NCBI GenBank assembly: GCA_039194995.1
Contig: JBCCVR010000004.1
Location: 18,883 to 82,882 of the forward strand
Source: Cyanobacteria bacterium P01_E01_bin.42
GTDB lineage: Bacteria; Cyanobacteriota; Cyanobacteriia; Cyanobacteriales; Spirulinaceae
DNA length: 64,000 bases
Direction of reading: 5' to 3'
The position numbers and the translations under genes are program-made. Position 1 is the stretch's first letter; each line of letters begins with the position of its first letter. Below, one piece after another: positions 46,881 to 57,684 of the stretch. The notes beneath the pieces are model-generated. The model saw only the letters and a list, made by a program, of their open reading frames with translations. It was not told the DNA's origin and did not search any database.

Positions 46881-48023
46881 ATGAAAAGACGCTGCTTCTT
46901 CCAACTGGCAACGGCAATATCAGGCTCGATTCTCTTGGGCAAAAATCTGGTTGGCTGCACGGCAAATTCCCAAATAGAAAATAACAGCACTGCGACTATG
47001 GCTGCGAATTCTTCTTTTTGCATGCCCGATGAAGCTGCACCCCATTTGTGTACTTGGATGGCATTTCGTGCCAACCCAGATGTTTATACTTTTGGACGCG
47101 AACACGTTTCAGCAGTCCAAGATACTATCGCTCGAGTTGCCAAAACAATCGTTCAATACGAACCCGTGAAAATGTTAGTTTGCGAGGAAGATTATGACAT
47201 TGCGCGGCGGAAATGTGGTTCTGATGTCGAGTCGATCGTGCAACCGATTGACGATCTGTGGATGCGAGATACAGGACCCATTTTTGTGGTGAACGAACAA
47301 AGGGAAAAGGCAGCCGTTGACTTTAATTTTAATGGCTGGGGAAACAAAGCGTACCACGAGAATGATGCAGAAACTGCCCCATTTGTTGCCAAGAAAGCGG
47401 GAGTACCTCTCATTACTACAAAACTCACCTGCGAGGGCGGTGGGATTGAGGTAGATGGTCGCGGTACGGCAATTATAACGGAAAGCTGTATTATTAACGA
47501 CAATCGCAATCCGGGCTGGAGTAAAATCGATTGCGAGCGAGAATTAAAAGCATTATTGGGACTGCAGAAAATCATTTGGTTGCCCGGTATTCGCGGGGTC
47601 GATATTACCGACGGACATACGGATTTTTATGCCCGTTTTACCCGTCCCGGAGTTGTTGTTGCCGGGTACGATCCCAATCCCGAATCTCCCGACCATCTCA
47701 TAACAAAAAAGCACCTTGAAATCTTAGAGTCCCAAACCGATGCTGATGGAAACGATCTTGAAGTTGTCGTCTTAGAAGGGCCGAGTAGAATCCGTGAAGG
47801 ATATGATTGGGATGATTTTTTTGCAGCCGGATATATTAACTTTTACGTCCTCAATGGTGCTGTTCTGCTGCCCGAATTTGGCGATCGCTATTGCGATCGC
47901 AATGCCAAAGAAATTTTAGAAGGACTATTCCCCGATCGCGACATTATTCAACTCAATATCGATGAAATTGCGGCCGAAGGCGGTGGCATTCACTGCATGA
48001 CGCAACAAGAACCTTTAGTTTGA
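46881..48023 (+). CDS. Tat/lipoprotein-exported agmatine deiminase (Porphyromonas-type peptidyl-arginine deiminase) family protein, copy 1
   Basis: MKRRCFFQLATA...LVGC signal. C-terminal catalytic GGGIHCMTQQEP, WMRDTGP, TDGHTDF motifs. Start moved to the Met that begins the twin-arginine signal. Confidence 0.75.
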   Translation: MKRRCFFQLATAISGSILLGKNLVGCTANSQIENNSTATMAANSSFCMPDEAAPHLCTWMAFRANPDVYTFGREHVSAVQDTIARVAKTIVQYEPVKMLVCEEDYDIARRKCGSDVESIVQPIDDLWMRDTGPIFVVNEQREKAAVDFNFNGWGNKAYHENDAETAPFVAKKAGVPLITTKLTCEGGGIEVDGRGTAIITESCIINDNRNPGWSKIDCERELKALLGLQKIIWLPGIRGVDITDGHTDFYARFTRPGVVVAGYDPNPESPDHLITKKHLEILESQTDADGNDLEVVVLEGPSRIREGYDWDDFFAAGYINFYVLNGAVLLPEFGDRYCDRNAKEILEGLFPDRDIIQLNIDEIAAEGGGIHCMTQQEPLV

Positions 48024-48136
48024 AAACAAAATCTGGCAAGATTCGGAGTCGATCTCCCCATCAAACTGAGAAAAGGGTAGAATAAAGCCAGTAAAAACGT
48101 GGCGATATTTCTCCGATCGAATAATACTCCAATATT

Positions 48137-49267
48137 ATGAAAAGACGCTCTTTTCTGCAATTGACAGCAGCAACATCCGGATCGATTCTCTTGGGCAAAA
48201 ATCTGGTTGGCTGCGCGGCAACTCCTCAAGTCGAAAATCATACTGCTGCTATGGCTGCAAACTCTTCTTTTTTCATGCCCGACGAAGGCGAACCCCATTT
48301 GTGTACTTGGATGGCATTTAGTGCCAGTCCGGATATTTGGGGACGCGAATATGCCGAGGGAGTCCAAGATAATCTCGCTGAAATTGCCAACACCATCGCC
48401 CGCTACGAACTCGTGAAAATGTTAGTTCGCGAGGAAGATTACGATATTGCCCGGCGGAAATGCGCCTCAGAAGTCGAGTTAATCATTCAACCCATTGACG
48501 ATTTGTGGATGCGAGATACTGGCCCCGTTTTTGTCGTCAACGAACAGGGAGAAAAAGCAGGCGTTGACTTTAATTTTAACGGTTGGGGAAACAAGCAAAG
48601 GCACGAGCTCGATGCAGAAGTCGCCCAGTTTGTCGCCCGAGAAGCGGGAGTTCCCGTCATTAACACAGAACTCGTCTTTGAAGGAGGAGGAATTGAGGTA
48701 GACGGTCGCGGCACGGCAATTGTAACGGAAAGTTGTATTATCAATGACAATCGCAATCCGGGCTGGAGTAAAGCCGATTGCGAAAAAGAATTAAAAGCAC
48801 TGCTGGGACTGCGGAAAATCGTTTGGTTACCCGGTATTCGTGGGGCTGACATTACTGACGGACATACGGATTTTTACGCCCGTTTTGCCCGCCCCGGGGT
48901 TGTCCTTGCCGCATACGATCCCGATCCCGAATCTCCCGACCATTCAGTGACGAAAAAGCACCTTGAAATCTTAGAAACCCAAACCGATGCAGATGGAAAC
49001 GAACTCGAAGTTGTCGTGTTAGAGGCACCGACAAGAATTCGCGAGGGGTATAGTTGGGATGATTTTGCAGCCGGATATATTAATTTTTACGTCTGCAACG
49101 GTGCCGTGCTGCTGCCCGAATTTGGCGATCGCAATGCCGATCGCAATGCTAAAGAAGCTCTAGAGAGATTGTTTGACGATCGCGACATCATCCAACTCAA
49201 TATTGACGAAATAGCGGCAGGCGGCGGCGGGATTCACTGTACGACCCAACAAGAACCTTTAGTTTAA
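48137..49267 (+). CDS. Tat/lipoprotein-exported agmatine deiminase/PAD family protein, copy 2 (tandem paralogue)
   Basis: MKRRSFLQLTAA...LVGC signal. GGGIHCTTQQEP. Highly similar to the preceding gene. Confidence 0.8.
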   Translation: MKRRSFLQLTAATSGSILLGKNLVGCAATPQVENHTAAMAANSSFFMPDEGEPHLCTWMAFSASPDIWGREYAEGVQDNLAEIANTIARYELVKMLVREEDYDIARRKCASEVELIIQPIDDLWMRDTGPVFVVNEQGEKAGVDFNFNGWGNKQRHELDAEVAQFVAREAGVPVINTELVFEGGGIEVDGRGTAIVTESCIINDNRNPGWSKADCEKELKALLGLRKIVWLPGIRGADITDGHTDFYARFARPGVVLAAYDPDPESPDHSVTKKHLEILETQTDADGNELEVVVLEAPTRIREGYSWDDFAAGYINFYVCNGAVLLPEFGDRNADRNAKEALERLFDDRDIIQLNIDEIAAGGGGIHCTTQQEPLV

Positions 49268-49357
49268 ACTTTTTTTACAAAAGTAATAAAATTTACCTCC
49301 AACTATTAGGGGGTATTTTTTTACTTGCGATAGAATACCAAAAACGCATCTATTTTC

Positions 49358-50701
49358 ATGGAATCACAAAATAAAATTGCTTTTACAGAAGCACTTTTAC
49401 ATTATCAACAAGCGATCGCGATTTTAAATACAAATGAATCCCCAAATCTTGCCCAAATTCTGACTGCATTAACCAGTCGCGATGTCGTAGAAGCAGCGCG
49501 GACGGATTTATCAGAACTCAATGGAGAGCGTCTTGCCGAACTGGTGGAACTGGACGATCGCTTACAACAATGCGCGGGCGCGATCGCCGCCCATCCCCAA
49601 ATCGAACAATGTCGAAATACCCTACAGCCGCATCAAACAGCTTGGTGGTGGTTTCTCAAAGCCCCACCGCCGCCCCCGCCAAAACCCTCAAAATACGCTA
49701 AGTTATTCGAACAGGATTGGCTCTGGAATTTCCTCACCGTTGTTTGTTTGGTGGGTGCGGGAACTTTTGCCACAGACACCGTGCAAAAATTGTCGAGCGA
49801 AAATCTAAACTTATTACAAACTTTTAGTACGATCGGTCAAGGTGCGGGACTCGTTCTCGTGACGGGTGGAACCCTAACCGACAAAGGACAAAAAGTCGTT
49901 CGCGAGACCCTCGCCGATATGGGCATTAAACCCAAATATCAAGCAGAGGCGACTTTGGGTTTCGCTGCGTTGTTATTGGGTGTCACCTATGCTGCCAATG
50001 CGTCTATTCCCAATCTCGGCCAATCATTCTATCGTCGGGGGTTAAGCCATTACAATAACGGTTACGTCGATAAAGCCAGACTCAGTTTTGAAGAGGCACT
50101 CTCCCTCGCTCCCGATGATGCCAACATTAATGTTGCTTTGGGGAATGTTTACGAAACTTTTATGATGCAAGAAAAAGCAGAAGAGCAATATTCCGAAGCG
50201 ATTTTAGCGGGTATACCGGAAGCACTGAATGGACTAGGACGAACGAATCTGCGATTAGCAACAGATTTTGACCGTCTGGTTCGTGCAGAAGGACTATTTC
50301 GCTTGGGATTGGCTCAATCTGACCTTCCTGATTATCTTATCGCTGCAATGCACGGACATCTGGGATTTACCCTCATTCGTCAAGTGGAATCAGGCAATTT
50401 TTCAGAGGTCATCATTCAAGCAAGATATACCGAAGCAGAACAAAACTTCAAAGCTGCGATCGCACTCGAAAGCAAGATCGATGATGAACTTCCGGGAATG
50501 GGGATGAGTTATTGTTATCTCGGAATTTTATATGACAAACAAGAAAAAACTGCGGCTGCTCGGGAGGCTTGGCAAGATTGTCAGAACAAAGCCTTCCCTG
50601 CCAGTTATAACGAGTATGAAGATATTGTTATTTATGGTACGCCAGAAATTGCCGAAAATGTCAATACGACGAAAATTATACGATTCGTTCAAAGCGATTG
50701 A
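49358..50701 (+). CDS. hypothetical membrane protein with poly-Pro linker and C-terminal TPR-like repeats, copy 1
   Basis: AWWWFLKAPPPPPPKP, then hydrophobic helices and TPR-like repeats. Paralogous to the next gene. Confidence 0.5.
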   Translation: MESQNKIAFTEALLHYQQAIAILNTNESPNLAQILTALTSRDVVEAARTDLSELNGERLAELVELDDRLQQCAGAIAAHPQIEQCRNTLQPHQTAWWWFLKAPPPPPPKPSKYAKLFEQDWLWNFLTVVCLVGAGTFATDTVQKLSSENLNLLQTFSTIGQGAGLVLVTGGTLTDKGQKVVRETLADMGIKPKYQAEATLGFAALLLGVTYAANASIPNLGQSFYRRGLSHYNNGYVDKARLSFEEALSLAPDDANINVALGNVYETFMMQEKAEEQYSEAILAGIPEALNGLGRTNLRLATDFDRLVRAEGLFRLGLAQSDLPDYLIAAMHGHLGFTLIRQVESGNFSEVIIQARYTEAEQNFKAAIALESKIDDELPGMGMSYCYLGILYDKQEKTAAAREAWQDCQNKAFPASYNEYEDIVIYGTPEIAENVNTTKIIRFVQSD

Positions 50702-50983
50702 GAATCGCGATTCTTAATAGATCTAGAATATGAGAGGCTCAGTCTCTTTTGTGCAATTTAGAAATTGAGTCGGTTCGGGTTAAAGCGATTGTGCAACTCA
50801 GTAACAAGTCAGAAACAAGTCAGTCAATCCCAGTCGGTAACTCAGTAAGCGATAGGTTTGACTGAATAATATCAGTTTGAGTTAAGCGATTTAACTCCTT
50901 AGACGACCGATCGGGGTTTCAGTCGATCCCGACCTCGCGTTAGAGATTGGTAATTTTCCCTAAAGTCACCCAAGCCAATTATC

Positions 50984-52351
50984 ATGACAGTCCATCTCAA
51001 TCCTCCCATTACGGAAGCCCTCATGGGTTACCAGAACGCGATCGCCGAACTGAGTCTGTACAGATCGCCCCAACTGCCTCGAGTCTTGGCGGTTTTATTG
51101 GCACGAGACGAGGTGGAAGCCTTACGGAATAATGGCTCGGAATTGACCGGAAATTCCTTGGCCGAATTGGTGGCCCTTGATGCTCGCTTGCGAGAATCGG
51201 CCGGGGCGATCGCGTCTCATCCCCAGTTCGAACAATGTCGTCAGACGAGACAGCCACCAGAAAGCGCTTGGTGGTGGTTTTTGGAAGTCCCGCCTTCTCC
51301 GCCACCCAAAATCGCTCATTTCGATTGGTTGTGGGGCTTTCTAACCGTTGCCTGTTTGGTGGGTGCGGGAACTTATGCAACGAATACAGTCAACGCATTT
51401 TCCCATGAAAGCCTAGCTTTATTAAAAACATTTAGTACCATCAGTCAAGGTGCGGGTTTGGTTTTAGTCACGAGCGGCACATTAACCGATAAAGGTCAAA
51501 AAGTCGTTCGCAATAGCCTCGTGAAAATTGGCATCAGAGGGGAATACGAAGCTGTCGCAACTTTTGGTATCGCCGCAATTTTGTTCGCTGCTACTTATGG
51601 TGTAAATGCTTTCATTCCCAATTTTGGCCGATATTTTTATTTTCAAGGCTTGAAAGATTATGAAAATGGTTATATCTCTCGAGCGCAAGCCAATTTTGAA
51701 AGGGCGGAATCTCTGGCACCTCAAAGTGTAGAGATCGATCTGGCCTTGGGAGATGTTTATGAAACTTTTTCCAAGCACGAACAAGCCTATAAATTGTACG
51801 AAGTCGGGATTAGAGCGGGGAGACCTTATGCTTTTAATGGTGCGGGACGAGCGCAAATGCGAATGGCAACGACCATTGACGATCTCGTGCAAGCAGAATC
51901 AATATTTCGCTTGGGATTAGCACAGCCGACTGCCCGAGATAATTTAAAATACTACATTTACGGTCATCTCGGATTTACTTTGATTCGTCAAGTGGAATTA
52001 GGCGGCTTCTCCGAAGCAGAAAATCAGATGCTTTACAATCGAGCCGAAGATGCCCTCCTGAAATCCCTCGCTCTAGAAGACAAGGTTGATGAAGAACTAG
52101 CAGGTTGGGGAATGAGTTATTGCTATCTGGGGATTCTCTACGACCAACAAGGGAAAGCCAATCCAGCGCGATCGGCTTGGCGAAATTGTCAAGATAAAGC
52201 CAAACCTGCCAGCAAAGATCAATATCAAGATATTGTCAGTTATGCCAAGCCCGAAGTTGCAGAGAAGATTGATGTGACCAAGATCGTGCAAGTCAGTCCC
52301 TCGAATTTCTTAGAGACAGAAGAGAGCATACAACCCCAATCAAACAATTGA
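50984..52351 (+). CDS. hypothetical membrane protein with TPR-like repeats, copy 2 (tandem paralogue)
   Basis: Collinear with 49358-50701 (e.g. ALL.YQ.AIA.L....SP.L...L.A...R..VEA.R; AWWWFLE.PPSPPPK). Confidence 0.5.
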   Translation: MTVHLNPPITEALMGYQNAIAELSLYRSPQLPRVLAVLLARDEVEALRNNGSELTGNSLAELVALDARLRESAGAIASHPQFEQCRQTRQPPESAWWWFLEVPPSPPPKIAHFDWLWGFLTVACLVGAGTYATNTVNAFSHESLALLKTFSTISQGAGLVLVTSGTLTDKGQKVVRNSLVKIGIRGEYEAVATFGIAAILFAATYGVNAFIPNFGRYFYFQGLKDYENGYISRAQANFERAESLAPQSVEIDLALGDVYETFSKHEQAYKLYEVGIRAGRPYAFNGAGRAQMRMATTIDDLVQAESIFRLGLAQPTARDNLKYYIYGHLGFTLIRQVELGGFSEAENQMLYNRAEDALLKSLALEDKVDEELAGWGMSYCYLGILYDQQGKANPARSAWRNCQDKAKPASKDQYQDIVSYAKPEVAEKIDVTKIVQVSPSNFLETEESIQPQSNN

Positions 52352-52454
52352 GCGGTCACATCAATTCACCGATTTAAAATTACGCTCTCTTGTTCAAAGG
52401 GAGGCTGTAAATTATGCTACAATAAAGGAATTTTAGATTATTTGTATTTCATTT

Positions 52455-53759
52455 ATGGTTGCTTTGGAGAACTCTACACCAACCCTAACAGAAATCGCTC
52501 GGGAAACTCGCAATGCAGCCCGACAGCTTGCCGTTTTATCGACGGAAGAACGCAATGCGGCATTAGAGGCGATCGCGGCAGCCTTAAAGGCATCTACTGC
52601 CGTAATTCAAGCCGCCAATCTTGCCGACTGCGAAAGAGCAGAAAAAGAAGGCATTGCCAAGGCGTTATACGCGCGTTTGAAGCTGGGAGAAACAAAATTA
52701 GATTCCGCTATCGCCGGGGTACGGGATGTTGCGAAATTAGCCGATCCGGTGGGTACGGCACAAATTCAGCGCGAGTTGGATGAAGGATTGATTCTCAAAC
52801 GCGTCACCTGTCCTCTCGGAGTCTTGGGGATTATTTTTGAAGCACGTCCCGAGGCACTCATTCAAATTACCAGTTTGGCGATTAAATCGGGCAATGGGGT
52901 GATTCTCAAGGGGGGGAAAGAAGCGCTCGAGTCCTGTCGGATATTAACTAAAATTATTCGCGAAGCCTTAGAAGGAACAAAAGTCGATCCCAATGCAGTC
53001 CAACTATTGACCACGCGAGAAGAAATTCGCGCTTTATTAGAGTTAGATGAATATGTAGATTTAATTATTCCGCGCGGTTCTAATGCTTTCGTTCGCTACG
53101 TGCAGGATAATACCAGAATTCCGGTTTTAGGTCATGCCGATGGAATTTGCCATCTTTATGTCGATCGCGCTGGAGATTTAACGAAAGCCATTCCCATTAT
53201 TATCGATGCGAAGGTGGGTTATCCGGCGGCTTGTAATGCGATCGAAACGTTACTCGTTCATGAAAGGATTTCGAGGGATAATTTGCAGAAAATTGCCGAG
53301 GCTTTACAGGAAAAGAATGTGAAATTAAAGGGATGCGATCGCGCTTCGATTCTCTTAAATATCGAATCTGCAACCGAGGAAGATTGGCAAACCGAATATA
53401 GCGATCTGATTCTTTCAATTAAAATTGTAGACTCGACAGAAGCCGCGATCGCCCATATCAACCAATATGGCTCTAAACATACCGATGCGATCGTCACAGA
53501 AGATGAAGAGGCTGCAATTCAATTTTTAAATCGAGTTGATGCGGCTGGCGTGTATCATAATTGTTCCACTCGGTTTGCAGACGGTTTCCGCTATGGTTTC
53601 GGCGCAGAAGTTGGGATTAGCACTCAACAAATGCCCCCGAGAGGTCCGGTAGGACTAGAAGGGTTAGTCACTTACAAATATCAAGTTACGGGAAATGGTC
53701 ATATCGTGGCAACCTATTCCGGCGCAAATGCCAAACCGTTTACCCATCAAGATATTTAG
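52455..53759 (+). CDS. proA: glutamate-5-semialdehyde dehydrogenase (gamma-glutamyl phosphate reductase)
   Basis: 434 aa; ProA-type N-terminus ([15 protein letters not shown]), LIIPRGS motif, aldehyde-dehydrogenase fold. Confidence 0.9.
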   Translation: MVALENSTPTLTEIARETRNAARQLAVLSTEERNAALEAIAAALKASTAVIQAANLADCERAEKEGIAKALYARLKLGETKLDSAIAGVRDVAKLADPVGTAQIQRELDEGLILKRVTCPLGVLGIIFEARPEALIQITSLAIKSGNGVILKGGKEALESCRILTKIIREALEGTKVDPNAVQLLTTREEIRALLELDEYVDLIIPRGSNAFVRYVQDNTRIPVLGHADGICHLYVDRAGDLTKAIPIIIDAKVGYPAACNAIETLLVHERISRDNLQKIAEALQEKNVKLKGCDRASILLNIESATEEDWQTEYSDLILSIKIVDSTEAAIAHINQYGSKHTDAIVTEDEEAAIQFLNRVDAAGVYHNCSTRFADGFRYGFGAEVGISTQQMPPRGPVGLEGLVTYKYQVTGNGHIVATYSGANAKPFTHQDI

Positions 53760-53775
53760 AAAGAATGCTTAAGTC

Positions 53776-54162
53776 GTGATGAAAAATGCAAAAATGGATG
53801 AGATTAAAATAACAGGAATTCGCGCTTACGGTTATACGGGAGCAATATCCGAAGAAAACGTTTTAGGACAATGGTTTGAGGTGGATCTAATCTTGTGGCT
53901 GGATATCACTAAGGCTTCTGAAAGTGATAAGCTACAAGATACGTTTGATTATCGAAAAACCATCTATCTCGTTCAAAGCACGATTAAAACTGCAAAATTT
54001 GCCCTGATTGAAAAACTCGCAGCAGTGATCGTCGAAAAAATTCTATCTTTGGAAAAAATCCAGAAAGTGCAGATTGATTTAACAAAACTAGCTGCACCTA
54101 TTCCAGATTTTAGCGGTCGAGTTGGTGTCAGCTTGACACGAGAAAAAGATAAGAATTCATGA
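53776..54162 (+). CDS. folB: dihydroneopterin aldolase
   Basis: 128 aa; MDEIKITGIRAYGYTG...QWFEVDL pattern typical of FolB. Confidence 0.8.
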   Translation: MMKNAKMDEIKITGIRAYGYTGAISEENVLGQWFEVDLILWLDITKASESDKLQDTFDYRKTIYLVQSTIKTAKFALIEKLAAVIVEKILSLEKIQKVQIDLTKLAAPIPDFSGRVGVSLTREKDKNS

Positions 54163-54197
54163 TATGATTATATTAATAGTCTCAGAGAGAAAGGATC

Positions 54198-54857
54198 GTG
54201 GCATATAGCGATTTTACACTCAAAAAAGTGAAGTCCGATCTCGGTCTGAAAATTGTTGAAAACCGATCGCTATTCTCTGCAACCCCACCTCTAGAAATTA
54301 GCGATTACTTGAGTCAAACGCTCAAGCGTAATGTTCCTTTGGCGCTTTCGATTAATACTGAAAAAGCGCGATCGGAATTAATTATAGTTAACATCTTACT
54401 CGAAGTAAAAGATAAATTATCTGGAGAAATCGGCCTCTTTTCGGGAATAGATTTTAATGTCGATCGCGATCGCGGTCTCGTTGGCTTTTGCGATTATATT
54501 ATTAGCGGTTCGTCCGAACAGTTTTATCTCGATCGGCCTGTTATTACAATCGTAGAAGCCAAGAACGAAAATATTATTTCTGGTCTTGGCCAATGCGTTG
54601 CGGAAATGTATGCAGCTAATCTATTTAACGAGCAGGAAAATATTAACTTATCTACGATTTATGGTGCTGTCACAACAGGAGATGAATGGAGATTTTTGCA
54701 ATTAGAAAAGCAAACAATCGCGATCGATCTTGATTCATATTATATCAGCAATATCGCAAAAATTGTAGGAATTCTCGTACAAATGGCAAATCTAACAACT
54801 AATAATAACCCACCCCCCAACCCCCTCCCAAGAGGGGGAGAAACCAATAGCCAATAA
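54198..54857 (+). CDS. hypothetical protein
   Basis: ORF with HIP1-containing native composition; no motif recognised. Confidence 0.4.
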   Translation: MAYSDFTLKKVKSDLGLKIVENRSLFSATPPLEISDYLSQTLKRNVPLALSINTEKARSELIIVNILLEVKDKLSGEIGLFSGIDFNVDRDRGLVGFCDYIISGSSEQFYLDRPVITIVEAKNENIISGLGQCVAEMYAANLFNEQENINLSTIYGAVTTGDEWRFLQLEKQTIAIDLDSYYISNIAKIVGILVQMANLTTNNNPPPNPLPRGGETNSQ

Positions 54858-54869
54858 CCAATAAATAAT

Positions 54870-57581
54870 TCACTTTGTCATCATAATATGAATGCCATCC
54901 CAGCTTTCCGGGGGAGGAGTTTCTAGATAGCTTTGACAGCGATGGAGGTGCATTAATAAAGGTTTATCTTGTGGACGAATATCAGCAGCTTGGTGGAAAA
55001 ATTTCAAGGCTTCGGGGAAATTGCGTTCTAAATAGGATTGACGACCCCAATGATATAATTTTAAAAACTGTTCTGTTTGCGCATCGATGCCGTCCGATCG
55101 CTTGCCAATCAGTTCGTAAATCTCGACCGCTTTACTTTTTCCTTTGACGCGAGTTTTATCTAATTCTCGCACGATCAGGCGATCGCGTCCCCCACACAAT
55201 TGAAACGTTGATTCGCTGATGATAATATCGCAATTGTATTCTTTCGTCAGACTTTCCAAGCGAGAACTGAGGTTAACCCCATCTCCAATCACCGTATAGT
55301 CCATGCGCTTTTGAGAACCAATATTTCCCGAAACGACCTCCCCGGAACTAATGCCGATCCCAAAGCGAAAATGAGGCTGATTTTCTAGAATATGTTGTTG
55401 ATTGAACTCGGCTAATCTTCGCCGCATATCTAGGGCAGATTGTACCGCCATCAGCGCATGATTTTCTAATGGCAACGGTGCGCCAAAAACGGCCATTAAG
55501 GCATCACCAATAAATTTATCTAATGTTCCTTGGTAATTAAAAACAGCCTCCACCATCGTTTCAAAATAGCGGTTGAGTAGCGTCACTACCTCTGTCGCTT
55601 CTAGATTTTCGGTCATGGTGGTGTAACCGCGAATATCGGAGAATAAAATCGTGACTTCTTTACGTTCTCCTACCATTAAAGCATCATCGCCCAATGCCAT
55701 CACTTGTTCTGCTACACTAGGGTTCATATAGCGATAGAGCGTTGATTTAATGCGTTTTTCGTTGCTAATATCTTCGAGAATAACCAAACCGCCCCGTACG
55801 TTTCCTTCCGGGTTGCTGAGAGGATTTACGGTTAAATTAACGCTGCGTTCGATAGGTTGAACTTCTTTCCGATCGCGCAACAAACGATCGCGATCGCGTT
55901 GGAGTTCATTCCAAGGAATATAGATATTGTCATCTGCGCGATCGGGAAAAGCAAGGATGGGTAAAAATCCTTTTGACTGGGGGCTATCGGCAATACCGAG
56001 GAGTAATGTTTGTTCGGGGACGTAATGCTTGCGACCAACTCGCAAACTTTCCAACAGTCGCTCATCTAAGGTGTCAATCGGGAAAATTTCCCAAACATAG
56101 CGATCGAGAATCTTATATTCCCACATTTGCCGGACGCGATCCTCATAAAGAAGCTCTTCCGGACAACCTAATAATTTTAATGCCGCATCATTGATCGTTA
56201 CAATTCGTCCTGCGAGATCGGTAGAAATCACGGCATCAGATAGACTCTCTAAAATATCTTTCTGGTACTGTTTTTCTGTCAGCACGCTTTCAAACAGTTT
56301 GGCATTTTCTAGGGCAATTCCGGCCTGAATATTAAAAGCCTGCATGAACTCTTCATCGGAAGAGGTGAATGTTCCTTCTTGTTCTTTGTTAATCAACTGC
56401 GTTACGGCAATTAATTCACCACCAGAATTATAAACGGGCATACAAAGAATACTGCGGGTGCGATACCCGGTTTTTTTGTCTGTTGAAGGATCGAAGCGAT
56501 CGTCGAGGTAGGCATCGGGAATATTTAATGTTTGTCCGCTTGTGGCAACATAACCGGCAATGCCGCGATCGGCAGGGATGCGAATTTCTAATAGTTTTGT
56601 TTCATCGGCAGTGGGAATCTTACTCCAAAGCTCGTTAGTTTCTTTACTGAGCATAAATAAGGTACTGCGATCGGCTTTCATCAGCTTTCTTGCCTGCTCC
56701 ATGACCGATTTCAACGTGGCTTCTAAATCGAGACTTTCTCCCAAACTTGCCGTCGCTTTTAACAGTGCCGATGCGCCTCTTTGGTTGCGGGCTGCCATGT
56801 AAAAAGATTGACAGGTTTCGAGGATAATGCCAATAGAGGCGGCAAAGTCTTGAAATTGGCGTTCGTCGTCTTGATTAAAGGGCTGATAATTGCTTTTATT
56901 AAGGAGTTGAACCACGGCAACAACGCGATCGCTACTACTCAAGATCGGCATACAGAGGAGCGTTTTCGTTTGATAACCCGGCAGTCCGTCGATTTGCTCG
57001 TTGAAGAGGGGATGGTTTTCGGCATTCACGAGGTTGAGTAGTTGCCCCGTGACGGCGACTCGTCCGGCAATCCCGACATTGAGGGGAAGGCGCAAGTTTT
57101 TGGACGTGTGGGGATCGTCATGGTTAACTTTAGCCCAAAGTTGATTTTTCTCTGTATCGACCAAAAATACGATGGTGCGATCGGCCTGCAAAATCTGCCC
57201 GATTTTTAGGGTTAATGCGTCTACGATGCGATCTAACATCGTTTCTAGGGCTTCGCTGTTGATCGCGTCGATCGCCCGCAAAAATTGCTGAAATTCTGCC
57301 GTAATGAAATCCAGCAAACAGATAAATTCGTTGATCGAGAGGTCTTTAACTCGATCGGTCAGTACACTCGCTCGATTGATTTGAGTGAGTTGGGTCAGCG
57401 ATGCTAGGATACTCCCAGTGTTCGATAATGGCATAAAGTCCCATTTTTGGTTTTGGGCAATGCAAATATTGAGATTGACAATCCCTCTGTTGCCAATCCT
57501 AACAATACAGCAAGGATACTTCTGTGATCTGAAACATTTTTCGGGATAGGCGATCGCGGCAGATTCTAAAACACGTCTCAT
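54870..57581 (-). CDS. adenylate cyclase with tandem GAF domains, PAS, class III cyclase domain and C-terminal TPR (CyaB1/CyaB2-like)
   Basis: Class III CHD motifs (VTILFSDIRGYTTMTE...FIGDALMAVFGAP). Two GAF-like segments. The true start may be an internal Met near 57434. Confidence 0.85.
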   Translation of the reverse strand: MRRVLESAAIAYPEKCFRSQKYPCCIVRIGNRGIVNLNICIAQNQKWDFMPLSNTGSILASLTQLTQINRASVLTDRVKDLSINEFICLLDFITAEFQQFLRAIDAINSEALETMLDRIVDALTLKIGQILQADRTIVFLVDTEKNQLWAKVNHDDPHTSKNLRLPLNVGIAGRVAVTGQLLNLVNAENHPLFNEQIDGLPGYQTKTLLCMPILSSSDRVVAVVQLLNKSNYQPFNQDDERQFQDFAASIGIILETCQSFYMAARNQRGASALLKATASLGESLDLEATLKSVMEQARKLMKADRSTLFMLSKETNELWSKIPTADETKLLEIRIPADRGIAGYVATSGQTLNIPDAYLDDRFDPSTDKKTGYRTRSILCMPVYNSGGELIAVTQLINKEQEGTFTSSDEEFMQAFNIQAGIALENAKLFESVLTEKQYQKDILESLSDAVISTDLAGRIVTINDAALKLLGCPEELLYEDRVRQMWEYKILDRYVWEIFPIDTLDERLLESLRVGRKHYVPEQTLLLGIADSPQSKGFLPILAFPDRADDNIYIPWNELQRDRDRLLRDRKEVQPIERSVNLTVNPLSNPEGNVRGGLVILEDISNEKRIKSTLYRYMNPSVAEQVMALGDDALMVGERKEVTILFSDIRGYTTMTENLEATEVVTLLNRYFETMVEAVFNYQGTLDKFIGDALMAVFGAPLPLENHALMAVQSALDMRRRLAEFNQQHILENQPHFRFGIGISSGEVVSGNIGSQKRMDYTVIGDGVNLSSRLESLTKEYNCDIIISESTFQLCGGRDRLIVRELDKTRVKGKSKAVEIYELIGKRSDGIDAQTEQFLKLYHWGRQSYLERNFPEALKFFHQAADIRPQDKPLLMHLHRCQSYLETPPPESWDGIHIMMTK

Positions 57582-57684
57582 TCCTCAAAGCAATTTCAAA
57601 ATCTACCCGATAATTTTTCTTTCTCAACAGGAAATTCTGATTTTAGAGATACTGAGGCGATCGCTTTTTTTGATTTTCTTTATT

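Noticed and set aside
47990-48852. Antisense ORFs (121-125 aa) across the PAD-family paralogues
   Set aside because: Antisense to conserved catalytic-motif-bearing frames.
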